NCBI GenBank assembly: GCA_964187785.1
Contig: OZ076413.1
Span: 41,728,001 to 41,792,000, forward strand
Length of the DNA: 64,000 nt
Reading direction: 5' to 3'
DNA from: Amphiscolops sp. MND2022
Lineage: Eukaryota
Below the pieces are notes generated by a model, which did not search any database, had not been told where the DNA came from, and saw only the letters and a program-made list of their open reading frames with translations. This document shows, one piece after another, positions 1-13,563 of this stretch. Position numbers and translations under genes: made by a program. How positions within the stretch are numbered: the first letter of the stretch is position 1; each line of letters opens with the position of its first letter.

Positions 1-1707
1 ATGGGCGCTTTACTGCATGCATTAATTTCCGTCTGCGTGATCAATAAAAAGCAGACATGGCAATTGAGGTATTTCACGTGTATAATGGCGCGACTGTGTT
101 TGGTACACTTGCAGCAGTACGGGGGAACATTTGGATTTAGCCCAAAGAAAAACCGAACTGGAGGATAATCTGGCTGTTATTTGCAGCCAGAGCAGACTGG
201 ACCATTTGTTGATGCAGTAATTGACGCATGTCTTACCATCTTACCATTCATCTTAGAAGTAGTGCTCCAATTCGTGATTAAAGTTCAGATCACAACACAA
301 TATTTGGTGTGCACCTGTATTTTTTGTTCATATTGTACTTTTATCCGTTCTTCATTCATTGTTTTTTTTTGTTTTCGCACAAATCTTGCTTTGCAAAAAC
401 AGTTAAGAAAAATGTACCGTAAGATGATTGTGACGCGTCGTCCAAAATAAAAGTGGAAAATCAACCAGTTTATTTGGTGCATGTTTTAAGCAGGTTGATA
501 ACATTAGGAAACACTGAAGACTTGATTTCCAGAATCCAGGTAACACGAGGAGAGTTTAGGTGCCTGAGATTATCATTGCGTCATTGAATTTGACATATTC
601 TTGTGTTTTTTGAAGAGTTCTTATACTAAAGAGTTCTTCAAAAATATGCAAAATTCAGCATTTTTAAGGAATCTTTTTGACGAGACTTTTGACTCTTGTC
701 ATCATAATGGTAAGTTTATTCAGATTACAGTCGGTTGGCTTTTTCATAGCGCCACTGATAGTTGTAACCTCTGCTTCCAAGAAGTTATAATTTATAACCA
801 ATCAGCTAGGCAAGAGGTTATAACAAGAGGTTATTGAGGGGCCAATTCCGGTCTCTGAGGGTAACTTTCATGTTACACGCATCCGTGATTTTAAAAGAAT
901 ACGGAGTGGAGACGAGTGTGAATGAATGACGTAATTACTGGAAGCTGAATGAAGTTACTGACCTCCTTGAGAGGTCACTCCGGTCAGTAGTGCTTGTTGG
1001 TAATGACAGGTCAAGTGTAGAATACAATCACTGGAATTTTGTTAGTATTTTCGATCAATAGGAAAGCTCCACCATGCAAAGAATTAGAAGATTCGGAAAT
1101 TGGGTGTTTTTCTTCTTTTGCAACGAATGTTGCTTATAATTAACAGATATTTAAATAAGGTATTAGAGTTTTACGCCGTAATGTTTTTAGGAATTGGGAA
1201 GTTTCTCCTCTTTAAAGAAGTCTCCACGTTGGTCTCGTATAAATTATTGATAAAAAAATTTGAATTTTGCGTGTGTACCTTGCAATATTTTCATATGCCT
1301 AGAAAATTGCATGTGGAGATATCGCCTATTTTTCACAGTTTAGGAAGGTATCTGTGTACTTTTTCCAGATCAGGGCTGATAATTTCACAGGTGGCTTATA
1401 AAATTCGTTCGCACTCTATATTTCTCTGTCGTCTCACTCCTTTGAGGATTCTTTCGTCGTGCCCTTTTGACTTTGTAGATTTTTGCTCATTTCTTTGATA
1501 TGGTAAAAGTATCTTTTCATGACGTCACGCTTTTTGTCATCAGACAATTTTCTAGTCTTGCCGCCCCACTTTTTTGCACATTTGCCCATGTCCCCTTTTA
1601 TTAGTCTACTGCAAAAATATTAGGAACTAAATTAAGTCGTTCCACACAGTAGGTACGTGTTTATTAGTGTACCAAGAAAACCCTGATCACCGTATGAACG
1701 TCCATAT

Positions 1708-1963
1708 GAACGCGATAAACCGTGTTTATATGCAGATATAATTGTATAAAATCAACAGACGCCGTGTTTATTCAATTTACAGTATTTGCATGTAATCCTC
1801 CAGAGATTTCAGGTAGATTTGATTCGCCCTAAATGATTTAGGGCGAATCAAATCTACCTGAAATCTCTGGAGGATTACATGCAAATACTGTAAAATTGAA
1901 TAAACACGGCGTCTGTTGATTTTATACAATTATATCTGCATATAAACACGGTTTATCGCGTTC
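1708..1963. repeat. Near-perfect palindrome, 127/128-bp arms, centre AAATGATTT
   Basis: The arms are reverse complements apart from one A indel. Confidence 0.97.
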
Positions 1964-1968
1964 TGTAA

Positions 1969-2123
1969 AATATTTTCCTTCAATAAAGAAGTAATGAAGA
2001 CAAGCCGAAAACTGAATGCTAAATTAGGCGAAAAAAATAACAAATGATTTGTTATTTTTTTCGCCTAATTTAGCATTCAGTTTTCGGCTTGTCTTCATTA
2101 CTTCTTTATTGAAGGAAAATATT
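1969..2123. repeat. Perfect palindrome, 77-bp arms, centre AAATGATTT
   Basis: The arms are reverse complements around G2046. Confidence 0.97.
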
Positions 2124-2879
2124 CTAATTGAGCCGCTGCTGGAAAATCCCACATTTCGTTACAATTCCGGTCCCATTGGGTTAAATTGAGTGGAGCAAAG
2201 TTTCTCTTTTTGAATTCGAGTCTACCTGGCTTTGAAGACTAGAAACGCTTCATTGGTATAAAGTTGATGAAGTTCGTATTTTTGTTGTTCACTACATCAA
2301 CACAGTGAAGGCCTTATTAAAGCGGGTTTCCGACTGCAAGACTTTTTCCACATGAATTGTTCATCCTCTTCTCAGCTTCAACACTCAGGCATTAAAAGTC
2401 CGTTTTGATGTCTCTTGAATAAAGCCATTTATGAATCGATTTCGTTCAAATTATTCAGCTATGACATCATCAAATGGAGTGTGTCGTTTTAAATATTTTT
2501 GTTGGCGCTATGTGGAATGCAACCGGTCTTAACTAGTGGCTTTTTGCCCAAGTGAACTAGTCAAGGTAATTCCCTATTTAAAATTCTGTTGCTGGTTTTA
2601 ACAGCCGGTGTTTACAAGTATACAAAGTGTTAACGCTAACTTCAAAAGAGAAAACTTGACTCCAAGAAGTCGCAGCTATTTTTATCATTATTTTCCGTCC
2701 ATATTTCATATGGAAAAGGAAAATATTTAAATCAAATGGGTTTTTTAAACGAAATTTGCCAAGAATTAAATTATATCCCAGCTAAAGGGTTTCACCCATT
2801 GAATTCAACTGATGTAAAATTAGTATCATGCGGTATGTATTTGTCGAGATTTTTGGACTTTTTTGATTGACCCCAGAAT

Positions 2880-4900
2880 GACCCAAAAATAGTAAAAGCT
2901 GCGAAATTTTCCAATTTTATGCAATTTTTGTCAAATTATCGATAAATTTCCTGGCTTTAAATGTTGAAAACAATCCAAAGAGAAAACAATTGTTATCCAA
3001 GAAGCTTTTTCAAAAAAATAAATGCAATTTTTTAATGAAAAAATGCCTCAAATTTAGACTCAAATTGACAAAAATACTCGAAAATTCAGAATTGAAAATT
3101 TTATGCAATTTTTGTCTATTTTTCGAAACACTTGGTGGCTTAGAATGTCAAAGACGTTGAACAAGGAAAAGATTCGTTGTGCGGGAGGCTTCCTTGAAGA
3201 GATAAAAGAAATTTGTGTTGAAAAATGCATCAAATTTGGACCGAAATTGACAAAATACTTGAAAATTCAGATTTTTGAAACTTTTATGCAATTTTTGTGT
3301 ACTTTTCGAAAAACTTGGTGGCTTAGAATGTTGAAGACGTTCAGTAAGGAACAAATTCGTTATCGTGGTTGCTTCTTTTAAGAGATAAAAGCGATTGGTG
3401 GTGAAAAATGCATCTAATTTTCAGCGAAATTGACAAAAACACAAAAAAATTAAAATTTTGAGAACTTTATGCAGTTTTTGTGTAATTCTGGAAAGCCTTG
3501 GTGGCTTAGAATCTCAAAGACGTTCAACAATGAACAAATTGGTTGTCAGGAAGGCTTTTTTTAGGAAATAAACGAAGTTTTGTAATGAAAAAAACGCACA
3601 ATTTGCGACCAAAAATGACAATAACTTCAAAATGTACCGATTTTTCTCGTTTTTATGCAACTTTTGTCAAATTTCTAAACACTTCATGGATCCGAACGTT
3701 GAATACTTTCAACCACGAAAGATTTCGTTGTCCGATGGGGTTGTTTGCGAAGATAAATGCAGTTTTGTAAAAAAAATTGCCACATGGACCCCAAAATAGT
3801 CAAAAAATCCTTTTTTTTACATTTTTGTATTATACAACGCAATTTTTGTAAACGTTTCAATTTTTCATGGATTAGAACTCTGAAACGATTCAACAACAAA
3901 ACTGAAGGCGTTGTCCGGTGGGCTTTTTGATGGGATAAGCGGCAATTTCTGGTAACAATCGTGCTTTAATTTGACTCAAAAGTTGTCGAAAACTCCAAAA
4001 ATTTCCAGTTTATGTAGGTTCTTCATGTTATTTGGGTACAATTTTTAAGAGTTTGTTGAGTTAGATGGTTCAAAACAATCAAAGGCGATAGAATCAGGTA
4101 TGTAGTTTCCCTTCTTGAAGAGAAAATTACAGTGCTTTACATCAGAAATACTTCAAATTTGTAGTTTTTCCTGTAGTTACTGTTCAAATTTTGAAAGTTT
4201 TTGTGACTAGGAACGTTCAAAACACTCAGAAACGAAACAGCTAGCTATGCAGTATGCTATTTTGAAGAGATTTGCAGTATTTAGCTTCAAAAGTAACTCA
4301 AAGGTGGCCCTGGTTAGTCCGATATAAAAAGTCTAAATTCAACGTTTCCTGTGCAAAGTTCTGAATTTTTTGTGAAGTTTCCATCGTTGGAAGACAGAAA
4401 ACCCCCAACAGCGAACACATGCGTTATTTGTAGTATGTTTTTTGCAGGTGAATTGCAGTTTCACGTTGGAAAAGAGCCTCAAAATGACCCCAAAATAGTC
4501 GAAAAAAAAAACAAGTTTTGGCAGTTGTTCGACAATCTATTGAAAGTTACCAAAACTTCTTAATAGTCCAGAAGTCTAACCTTTTGGAGTAGGCATGCAG
4601 AATTTATGAAAAAAGAAATCTACAATTGTGTATGCAAAAAGTTCGTCAGAAGGACTTGAAGTTTAGTGAAAATCAATTTTTTGTTTTTGAAATGTTGATA
4701 TACTTTTTTGTAAACGTTTCGAGCAATTTTGTTATTCAAGAACGACTGGACACGTTATCCAATAGACGTTTTTAAAAAGACATCTACAGTTTCGTGTAAA
4801 AGTTCCTCAAATGACCGCAAAGTTGTCGAATAAGCAAAATTGTAGACGTTTTTGGCGACTTCGCGCAAATTTAAAGAAAAATCAATTCGTTAGGTTTTGG
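2880..4900 (+). repeat. Degenerate tandem repeat with a unit of about 183 bp
   Basis: TTTATGCAATTTTTG-like anchor recurs near 2916, 3099, 3283, 3465 and 3651 and decays rightwards. Related sequence on the opposite strand near 16440-16740 and 62700-64000. Confidence 0.75.
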
Positions 4901-5443
4901 AATACACACAATCTGACGAAAAACCAAATAGGTGTGTGGTGTTTTCTTGAAGTGTTCCCTTCTGAAATGGCATGACATTATTCAAAAAATGTCAAACCTT
5001 TTTTCATCAAACCTCTATGCGTTTTCATAGTGCAATAGCTACTCTTGAGCCTCAAAAATATGTCATTGCTGGAACAGTTGGGACGGAAAAGATCCTACTG
5101 GTCAGCGGGCGTCTTGTTTTTTCTTTAAATAATTTCTATTCATCAATGCATTACTTGCTGTCCCTTTTAATATGTCAATTTTAGTGAAGATGTTTCATTT
5201 GCCTGCTTAATCCGTAGAGAATTTTTAAGCTTCGGTGGTACGAACAAAATGCAACGAATACATTGCATCTGTAAAAATTGAATCATGATGTATATTGTAG
5301 TTAATTCCCTATTTTTGTTCATATTTCTGCTATAAATCTTGGTATATCGAACTATGTTTAGGTTGAGGTCAGTTGGGGGATTACGAAACTAAAATTCGCG
5401 CTTCAATAAAAAGTCTTAAAATATTTCGACATCGCTTGCTAAC

Positions 5444-5813
5444 CTGTGCGGGATAGTTGTCGAGAAATTCGATGAAGTTGAAACTGGAGTCGTTTATAAC
5501 AACGGAAGCCGCCCTGATTACACCATGCAATGACCTTTGTGCCATGTTCAGTAGCGTCGTTAGCCAATGCTCCACTGTGTTCTCACACTTGACTGGCTTC
5601 TCCAACTCAATCTCTTCGCCCTCGGACGAAATGATCTTCAAAATGGAATCTCGGTTCTTTTCGTGGAACTTGACTCGTTTGGTGTTGTCAAATATTGACA
5701 GCAGGTGGTTCTGGATAGTGTGGGGGTCGCTTGCCTGACCGAGGATCTCGAGAAGAGCGGGGTCCGAGACGAAGAAAAAGCGCGGGAACAAGAGTCGCTT
5801 CTTCTCAAGGTAT
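5444..5813 (-). CDS. DNAH5: Dynein heavy chain exon ([29 protein letters not shown]...YPAQ); gene continues beyond the window
   Basis: '[18 protein letters not shown]' is characteristic of the DNAH5/8 group. GTTAGC donor. Confidence 0.97.
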
Positions 5814-6283
5814 CTGTAAGCAATGAAATCGGTCTTTACCAAAAAAAAACGTTTAACGCTTCTTGCGCTTGTGACTGACCCCCTGGAAGGGTAATTTTTC
5901 GAAATTTTGTCAGATTTCATGTCAACTATGGCATCAATGGTAAACTAGACTCTAAGGCTGCGCGAACTGACGTTTGTTTTCAGTTTCATTTCTTGAATTT
6001 AGACAGTTTTCAACAGCCTTTATTACACTTGAATCCGTCTACTGAAACATTTCTCAGTTCGTTTTTCTTTTTGTATATTCATATTTTTGAGGTTTTGCCG
6101 ATCTCGAACATCTCAGTTCACTTTTGTGGAAATATTTTTGTCACTTCGACTGGATTGAAAAAAAACCGGCAGAAAGCTACTCAAATAGTCGCAATTTATT
6201 TCATGAAGCGTCTACAGAAAGGATCTTGCGTATTGAATCCCCGAGTTTAGAACACAATGAATGATATAGTCAAGCTTAATTAC

Positions 6284-6601
6284 CCAGTCAAGGACTTCTG
6301 ACAGATCTCCAGCTGTTCTTTCAAGTGTGGCAACATGTCTTTGCATGTATCATCGGAGGTGCAGCATTGTTTGACGTTGGTCGTCTCCTGTGCCTTGGTC
6401 ATGATCTTCACCCACGACTTGTCGATGTTGGTGAACCTCTTGGCCTCCTGGGGTAGCTGCTTGGCGATGTCTCCCCCCACAAACACTGCCTCGAGGTACA
6501 CCCACAGGTTCTGAACTATCATCCAGTTCTCCAGGATCTCCTGTGTGTTGGACAGGTCCGTCACCCATTGTTGGATCTTCTTCTTGAACGGCACGTTGTA
6601 C
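6284..6601 (-). CDS. DNAH5: Dynein heavy chain exon ([12 protein letters not shown]...[22 protein letters not shown]...CQKSLTG)
   Basis: Highly conserved DHC_N2 (linker) sequence typical of DNAH5/8, with canonical splice sites. Confidence 0.97.
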
Positions 6602-7427
6602 CTGTAAGAAGAAAAAATGAAATTCATTTCCCCAATTCCGAAGGTTGTACGCCGAATAGGCAGTTTTGCTTTTCTAAGCCGGCGCCCTTTCGGATACTAC
6701 ATGTTGTAGTCAAATTGGCCTGCAGTCAAATTGGTTTCACTTTTATTCGCGGCGTCATTGCACTTGTGCCCAGACCTAATGCTAATGGAACAAGGACGTC
6801 TTGAATTTTTTACCAACGGAAAAATTTCTTGGGAAGAAAATTGGAAATGAAACGAACGTTCGAAGCATGATTTCAGCTAAATTTGTCTTCGGTGTTTTTT
6901 GGTGGTGTGTTACCCTCGTCAAAAACAACCGAAAACTGCGTGCACGGAAGACTAGTCAGTAAAGTACTCGTCGATTATTAATTAAGAACTAACTGGTCGA
7001 ATAATTGAAGGTTAGATTACCTATCAGCTACTGATCACCGATTCTATTACTATTAACACAAAGTACAATGTACCTTTGAAATTTACAATCGTCAACTCGG
7101 AAGTCTGAGTCACCGCTTTGAAATTTCTTCGACAGCTCATTTGAGCCTGGGCCAGTTTTTAACCGTTTGAATAATCGGTTAACGGAAAAGGTTTCAGATA
7201 GTCGGACTTGAACCACGCAGATTAGTGATATCAGTTTTCTACAGTTCCACGTAGGAATTACAATTACAGTGCTGTTTCAGTGAAATTTTCAACACTTTTT
7301 GACACTTTAAATTTGAAAACCATTGAAAATTCATTTGAATTGCTGTGTTTCAGTTTATCGGAGTTCAACTCGGCTCAAAATCTTTTTTGTTTGCTAACTG
7401 GAAAGTCTTGTTGATTATCTGATCCAG

Positions 7428-7897
7428 CGTGTCCGTTTAAGTTCGCCACTTTTAAGTTCGCCACATATAAGTTAGCCCGTAAATCTTAGCCATATTTAAT
7501 TTAGCCACCATATATGTTCGCCACATACAAGTTCGCCACATTTTCGGCCAATCAAATTCGAGCATTCAAAATTACGATAACGTAGTCAGATATGTTCACA
7601 TACCCCTAGTGCCCTAAATGCAGGAGCGAAGCGAAGCGGAGCGACGTGCCATATGGCCATGCCTCAATGTTGCTACTTGGCGAAGGGAGCGAAGCGACCG
7701 AGCCATACAACAAGTATGCTAATCGCCACTAAATATAACCAAATGAAAATAATCGCTGATATGGAATTCTTTCATTAGCTGAAATGTGGCGAAAATAAAC
7801 GTGGCGATCTTATATGGTGGCTAACTTAAACGTGGCTAAGTTTTACGGGCTAACTTATACGTGGCGAACTTAAATATGGCGAACTTACAACGGCACC
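7428..7897. mobile_element. MITE with inverted subterminal arrays of (AAGTTCGCCAC) units and a 9-bp TSD CTGATCCAG
   Basis: TSD at 7419-27 and 7898-906. About 120-bp imperfect inverted arms; right terminus reads GGTGCCGTT. Confidence 0.8.
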
Positions 7898-7989
7898 CTG
7901 ATCCAGGCTTTGAATCTCAAATAAGCTTCAGTGTTAGGATTAATCTCGAACCCTTTGCAACACTGTGCAAGAATATTGCTGGAATTTAC

Positions 7990-8080
7990 CTGTTGCTCAT
8001 GAGAGAACTGAGTACCATCAGGGAGTCCTCGAGAGCAGTGTTCACCACTTGAATGTTGTCTCCTCTCAACAGCAAATTGC
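7990..8080 (-). CDS. DNAH5: Dynein heavy chain exon (NLLLRGDNIQVVNTALEDSLMVLSSLMSNR)
   Basis: TAG acceptor, GTAAAT donor. 'EDSLMVLSSLMSNR' motif. Confidence 0.93.
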
Positions 8081-8529
8081 CTAAATGAACAAACAACTTA
8101 TTGCCTCTACATAACTTTCAAACAAAATGTGGGAATTAAAAGAAGCCCTTAGTTGGTTGCTGTATCACGTTGAGTCATTTTCAGTTTTTAAATTATTTTG
8201 CACGAATATCTCTTTATTATTCTGTGCTTTCTACTCCCACCCTTACTGTTAATTTTGCAAATTCTTTTGACTATTTTCTGAAGTTTTTTGGGTTTTCAAA
8301 CCTTCTTGCATTTACGGAAGTGTGTTGACTTCGAAACGTTAACTATTCATGAAACGTTAATCATAGTAATTGGCCTCCAGGTTGACCTTTTGTTTACTTG
8401 TCTGCCAGAAGATTTTCCAATGTAATATTTTCTGCTGAATTTGAATTAGGTGATTGTCTTCGACTAGGTTCTCCGACGCACGACATACTTTATCTAATTA
8501 GAAATGATCAGTCTATAAGCTTCGTTAAC

Positions 8530-8638
8530 CTCTGCTTTTGAACTGGGCGAAAATGAAGACGTGAGTGTTCCATTCTGCTTCTACCGCCTTCAGCTTAGCC
8601 TCTATGTCTTTCTCCTTGTTGGCCGAAATGCAAATGTC
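8530..8638 (-). CDS. DNAH5: Dynein heavy chain exon ([37 protein letters not shown])
   Basis: CAG acceptor, GTTAAC donor. Not in the ORF track; translated by hand. Confidence 0.93.
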
Positions 8639-11600
8639 CTGAAACAAACATACTATTTCTCAGTACAACAAAGATTATGAAATTTTTTAAAAAAGACTTT
8701 CTGAACTCGTCCCACCAACAACGCTTCTAAAGCTTCTCCATTTGGTTGCTCTATAATTTTGCGAATTTTTGTTCTGAATGAAGTATAACCGTTTTTTTTT
8801 AAAAAAAAAACAAAACCCGATTAAATAGTTTCTAATGAATCAGTTGAACCGATTGTTGGACGAAAACAAATTTGGACGGTTGTTTTACAAATTTTTATTA
8901 CGCTCGAAGTTCCTCGAAAACTTCCATGGAAGAGTAATTTGGAAGTAAAAAAAACACTGGATTTCCTCACATTATGATAAAATACAGAAGATTTCACATA
9001 TACGAGGGCAGTGTAAGTTGAGAATGTGAGAATTTATCAACAAATGAAATTTTAAAAATTTATACTTTGTGAAAAAGTTTTTGGTTACAAGTTACATTTA
9101 CAACTGATGAGCGTTTCTCTATGTCGTCTAATGTTTTAGTGCCTACAGCACCATTAATCTGTTAATTTTGGGCCGAATTTAAGCTAATCTCTTCATCTGA
9201 TGGCGAAAATCTAAGCAATGTAATCGAATCGAAAAACCGGTTGTTGACTCCGAGAGCAATTCGGTTTGTTGAAAAGTTCCATCAGAAAAAAGACATTTGA
9301 GCTTTTTAACGCATATTCGGTTTGTGTCTTGGTTTTAAATAATACATAAATGTCACTGCAAAGTACTGAAAATATTACATATTGATGCAAACATTTTCGT
9401 ATTCGGATGATTCTCGCGCGGCTCTTGCGTGCTGGTGTTCAATTTTCAATATTTGATTTGTGCACACCAATTTCTCTTCCTTATAAATAGAAAATTGTGT
9501 CTTGAGCATAGACATGGAACACAAAACATGTTCTTCGTAGCTCTGTTTTTGCTTGTACAGTCCTTCTAAAAATTGCTTAATTTAACGCATCGCTGGTTCG
9601 GATCGTTTCAGGTTGAAGCTTCCTCCAAACTACTTTTTAAAGCTCTTGTTTGAACATTTGGTGGTTCCACATTTTATGCTTTGTTAAGCTTTCATCGCCA
9701 GCTGAAACTATGAGAAAAGTTACATTATCTTCTTTCGAAAAACTTAAACACTGAATTTTTTACCACATTTTCTTATACAACTCAGTGAACGCGTAGACAC
9801 AGTACAATTTTCAAACCCAACAAATATTATTTGTTCGACGTAACTGCGACTTTTAAAGAGCAAAGTACCGTAAGTATCTTTTGAAGATTTTTCTATCAAT
9901 TAAGGTTGGTGATTCAGAGTGATTGTCTTCAGTTTCTACTTTTCTGAATATAATAAGACGCGGTTCTTTATCAATTAAGTCGTATGGTTTCTGAATTAAT
10001 AATAACGAAGTGTGTTACGTGTTCATCTTCGTAATTTCGGTCTTTTGGAACGAGAGGTCAGCTATGTATTCTGATTTTTTTTCGAGTGCTTTTGGATTCA
10101 AGTAAACGTTGAATTGTGTATAATAAATTTGGTAAAACAAACAAAACCACAAAACTATTCTTCTTCTTTACGTTTGTCCAAATTCATAATTCTTTTTTCT
10201 ATATCACTATTTAATTGTTACTTTCATCTGTAACATATATTTGGTTTGTTTCGAAGTATCCTTCGTCTAGTCATCGGGTTTTTTGTATTCCGATTTTTCA
10301 CACCTGCTCCCAAGATTTCGATTGTTAAATTAGTACTAGCGTTCAAATCGGTATTGTGAAGAGACGCAGTTTTTAGTACCGTAGCTATAATCCTGGAATA
10401 AATCATGCGATCTGTGTAGGATTTCGTAAGTTTCAAGATTTCTAAAAACTTCGGATTTTTTAAATACTATTTTTAGATTACAGATATAAATGTTCTGTAA
10501 TTTTTGTTTTTCAAAAATGTAACCCAATAGTGTATGAGAGCAAAATGGCGATGCAATGTCTTTTGTTGACTTCATTTATTGGGATAATTTGACTTCGCAT
10601 AATTCTCTATAACTGATAACTTGCACATCCTCCTGCGAGCATCAGTGTTTCCGTCTTTTTTTCCGAAGTCCTGCGCTATTACAGTTCGATTCTTTGTCCG
10701 TTTCTACTTTCAATTGATTAGAAAGTGCGTGTTATCATGCTTATAAGAAAACTACAATGTACCAGTTTGCTAAAATATGGCCCAAATTTTGAGAGTCACT
10801 TTTGTGAATTCTATTTAACTTGTGCGTGCGGGCATTTGGGTTGATAGCAAACAAGCCTTGATAGCACTATTTGCATATCTGCAAAAATAGACATAATTAG
10901 TTCTGAAGCAAGCATGCATCACGGAAATTGTGTCGCTCGTTCAATTATTGTACAGTAGTAGTATTTTAATTGTTGCAGGAGACGACTGTCTGCCCTGAAC
11001 GAAATTTGGGTTGAAACTGTTGAAACTGATGTTTCTGCAGTTTGATTGGCTGCGGATGTTTCCGAGATTAAATTTCATTACGTAACTCTGTCGCGAAGAT
11101 CTCGGTTAAAAACAAAACCAAATCGTGTTCGATTTCACTGACGTTCGTTCTAAGATCTGTCAATTTCTCTGCTACTAGACGAGGGAGGTACTTCAGAAAC
11201 GTGATGAATTGAAGTTAACCGGGTTTGAATACTTTCCAGGTCACATGGTTCATCATCATCATAGTTTAGTTTTGTGGGCGAAGTGAACAGTTTGTAGAGA
11301 TGAAGTGACGTCATGTTCAACGTATTTACCCCCTGTGCTCGTCCTTCCTCTTCCGCATGACCACTGATCAGAGTTGGCAAATATCACTTCACCCTTGTTT
11401 TGTCAACTCAAATATATCTATATCATCACCTATCTACTGTGTCATTATTATTATTGTATTTGTAAACCCACAACCACATCCCACCGACCTTCAAACACAG
11501 GCAGTTGCGTTGCTAGTTTCGAAAGTTGCTTCACTGTCAGTTTGATGTGATTCAATCCGTAGTAATCTATCATCTAAACTATTTCTCAGTTATGTTGGTG

Positions 11601-12266
11601 TATCTCATCTCTAGCTGCATATCAAATACTGATCTGCCCATGCATTGCTTCGAACACTTTAATGACAACTAATCACAACTTGCATGATTTATCTGCCCTA
11701 AGGTTGGTCGCATTTTCTCTGGGCCAGTTTGTACAGAACCCATCGCAAAGTTACATGCTTATCTACCTTCAAAGTTTATATGACCATTAATGAAGTCAAA
11801 ATCTCACAACGGCAGCATTTCTGTATTATATTTTCAAAATCATCGCCATTAAAATTTCTCGACATTCACACTTATTAAGTTCACTGTCTGTTCTTGGTGT
11901 AACAATTCATTACGAACAGTTGAATCCTCGCCATTCAAGAATTTATTTGTTCATTCATTGATATTTTATATTTATAAACTGGATTATCATGAATGGTTAT
12001 GTAGTAGTTTATGAATGGTGCCTTTTTTCTATAAGAAGGCTGCCTTCTTAGTTTTATTGTTCGTGCTTTGACAACACTTATGCCTGACCGCCTGCCTTAA
12101 AACACTAGCAGTACGTTTATATATATCTCGAACAACTTGCAGCCATTTATAATTACCTTGCTAGTTATTTTCCTGTCTTATCTCATTATCACCTGGACAA
12201 TCAGCCACTCGCTCTACAACCCAAAAAGTGCTAATTCGGTGCAAATGCGAAACCTTCACAGCCAGA

Positions 12267-13305
12267 ATGTCGTCGACATGTGATTCTTCCGAGTACCTGA
12301 TTCTGTTGTATGGCGACACCTACACGTTGTTGAAAGAAGACCTACAGAAATATTTCAGTCTCAAAGAGTTCCAAGTGCAAAGGACACTTACACGAACTGT
12401 TGGCACCTACCAGTCGCCTTTGGCACAAAGGTCAGTGTTTTATAACAATGTCAACAATCGTAAAAGCCCCCTTCCCCTGCATCTGTTTGTTGTGGCTCGG
12501 GAAACGTATTTTTAAAGGCTAAACATGAGGTGTATGTTGTCGAAGTTTTTGAAAGTCCTTCTAGTTACTGGTTTCGATATACTGCGCTTCACTTTTGTCC
12601 AATTTACATCCCCTTGTGAATTATTCTAACATGGTCCTTTTCTTTTGTGCGAGTCGGTAGCAATGTTATTAATCCCGAAAGTGTAATAAAGCACATAGTA
12701 ATTGCCATAAGAGGATTTAACGGTCTTGTATTTTCTCCCGGCAGAACCAAAATGTAGATGTTCCAAAAATTACATGCTTTCAAGCGAAAAAGGTTCGTTG
12801 CTTCTGTTCGCACAAACTGCTTTGTTATTAGATATTTGCTAACTTCTGTTCTCACACAAGTTTTTTGAAGTTATTTGTTGAGTTAGTTTACTGTAAAGTA
12901 TCTCTTTACTGACTGTTTATTCAGAATTTCAACTTAAAACCCGATTCACATTGTTTTTGCAGGTATCTGCCGGTGGAACTCAAACTAAAGCGTGAAGAAA
13001 CCAGCCAATTAGTAATCGTGAAAAAATACGATGAAAAGCAGCTGAACACGACCAATGAAAAATCGTACCATCGAATGCTACTCATTCTAAATTGGTCTCC
13101 AAGCTCAAATTCCAGATTGACTTCAGTTATCTCCAAGCTACAAACACAGCCCAACCTTTTTGCGGGTGGAGAATTAGTCGTTAGAATTACACAAGGACAG
13201 AAACCCGAGACTAAAGTTACCTTAAAGTCGCAGTTACCCGACATCAACATCATTAGAGACGATCGAGAACTTTTTGCCTTTTTCGACGAGATCTTCGATC
13301 TTTGA
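12267..13305 (+). CDS. Candidate two-exon nested gene (12267-12430, 12963-13305; 168 aa), unknown product
   Basis: AG|GTCAGT donor and TTTTTGCAG| acceptor join two track ORFs in phase 2. Confidence 0.45.
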
Positions 13306-13563
13306 GATAACCCACTCATCGAACAGAGAAGCAAAGATTTTTATGATAATTGTTTTTGGTTCTTCTGATATTTCCGTCTTTTCAAAGGTGCTTCAAGCTT
13401 TATGACATTGAGATACGATACTGCCTCGAAATATTTTTATTAGTGCTTTAGATTTTTGTACATTTTGTTTTCCAAGTAAATGGTATTTTTGTTTCAACAT
13501 ATCGGTTTTGATGATAAGATGGGAAGGAAAACTATTCATACAGAAAATAAATAAGGTCCATAA

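Noticed and set aside
1..290. Cys-rich minus-strand reading-frame fragment
   Set aside because: Interrupted by a stop, does not match the expected next dynein exon, and has no recognisable family.
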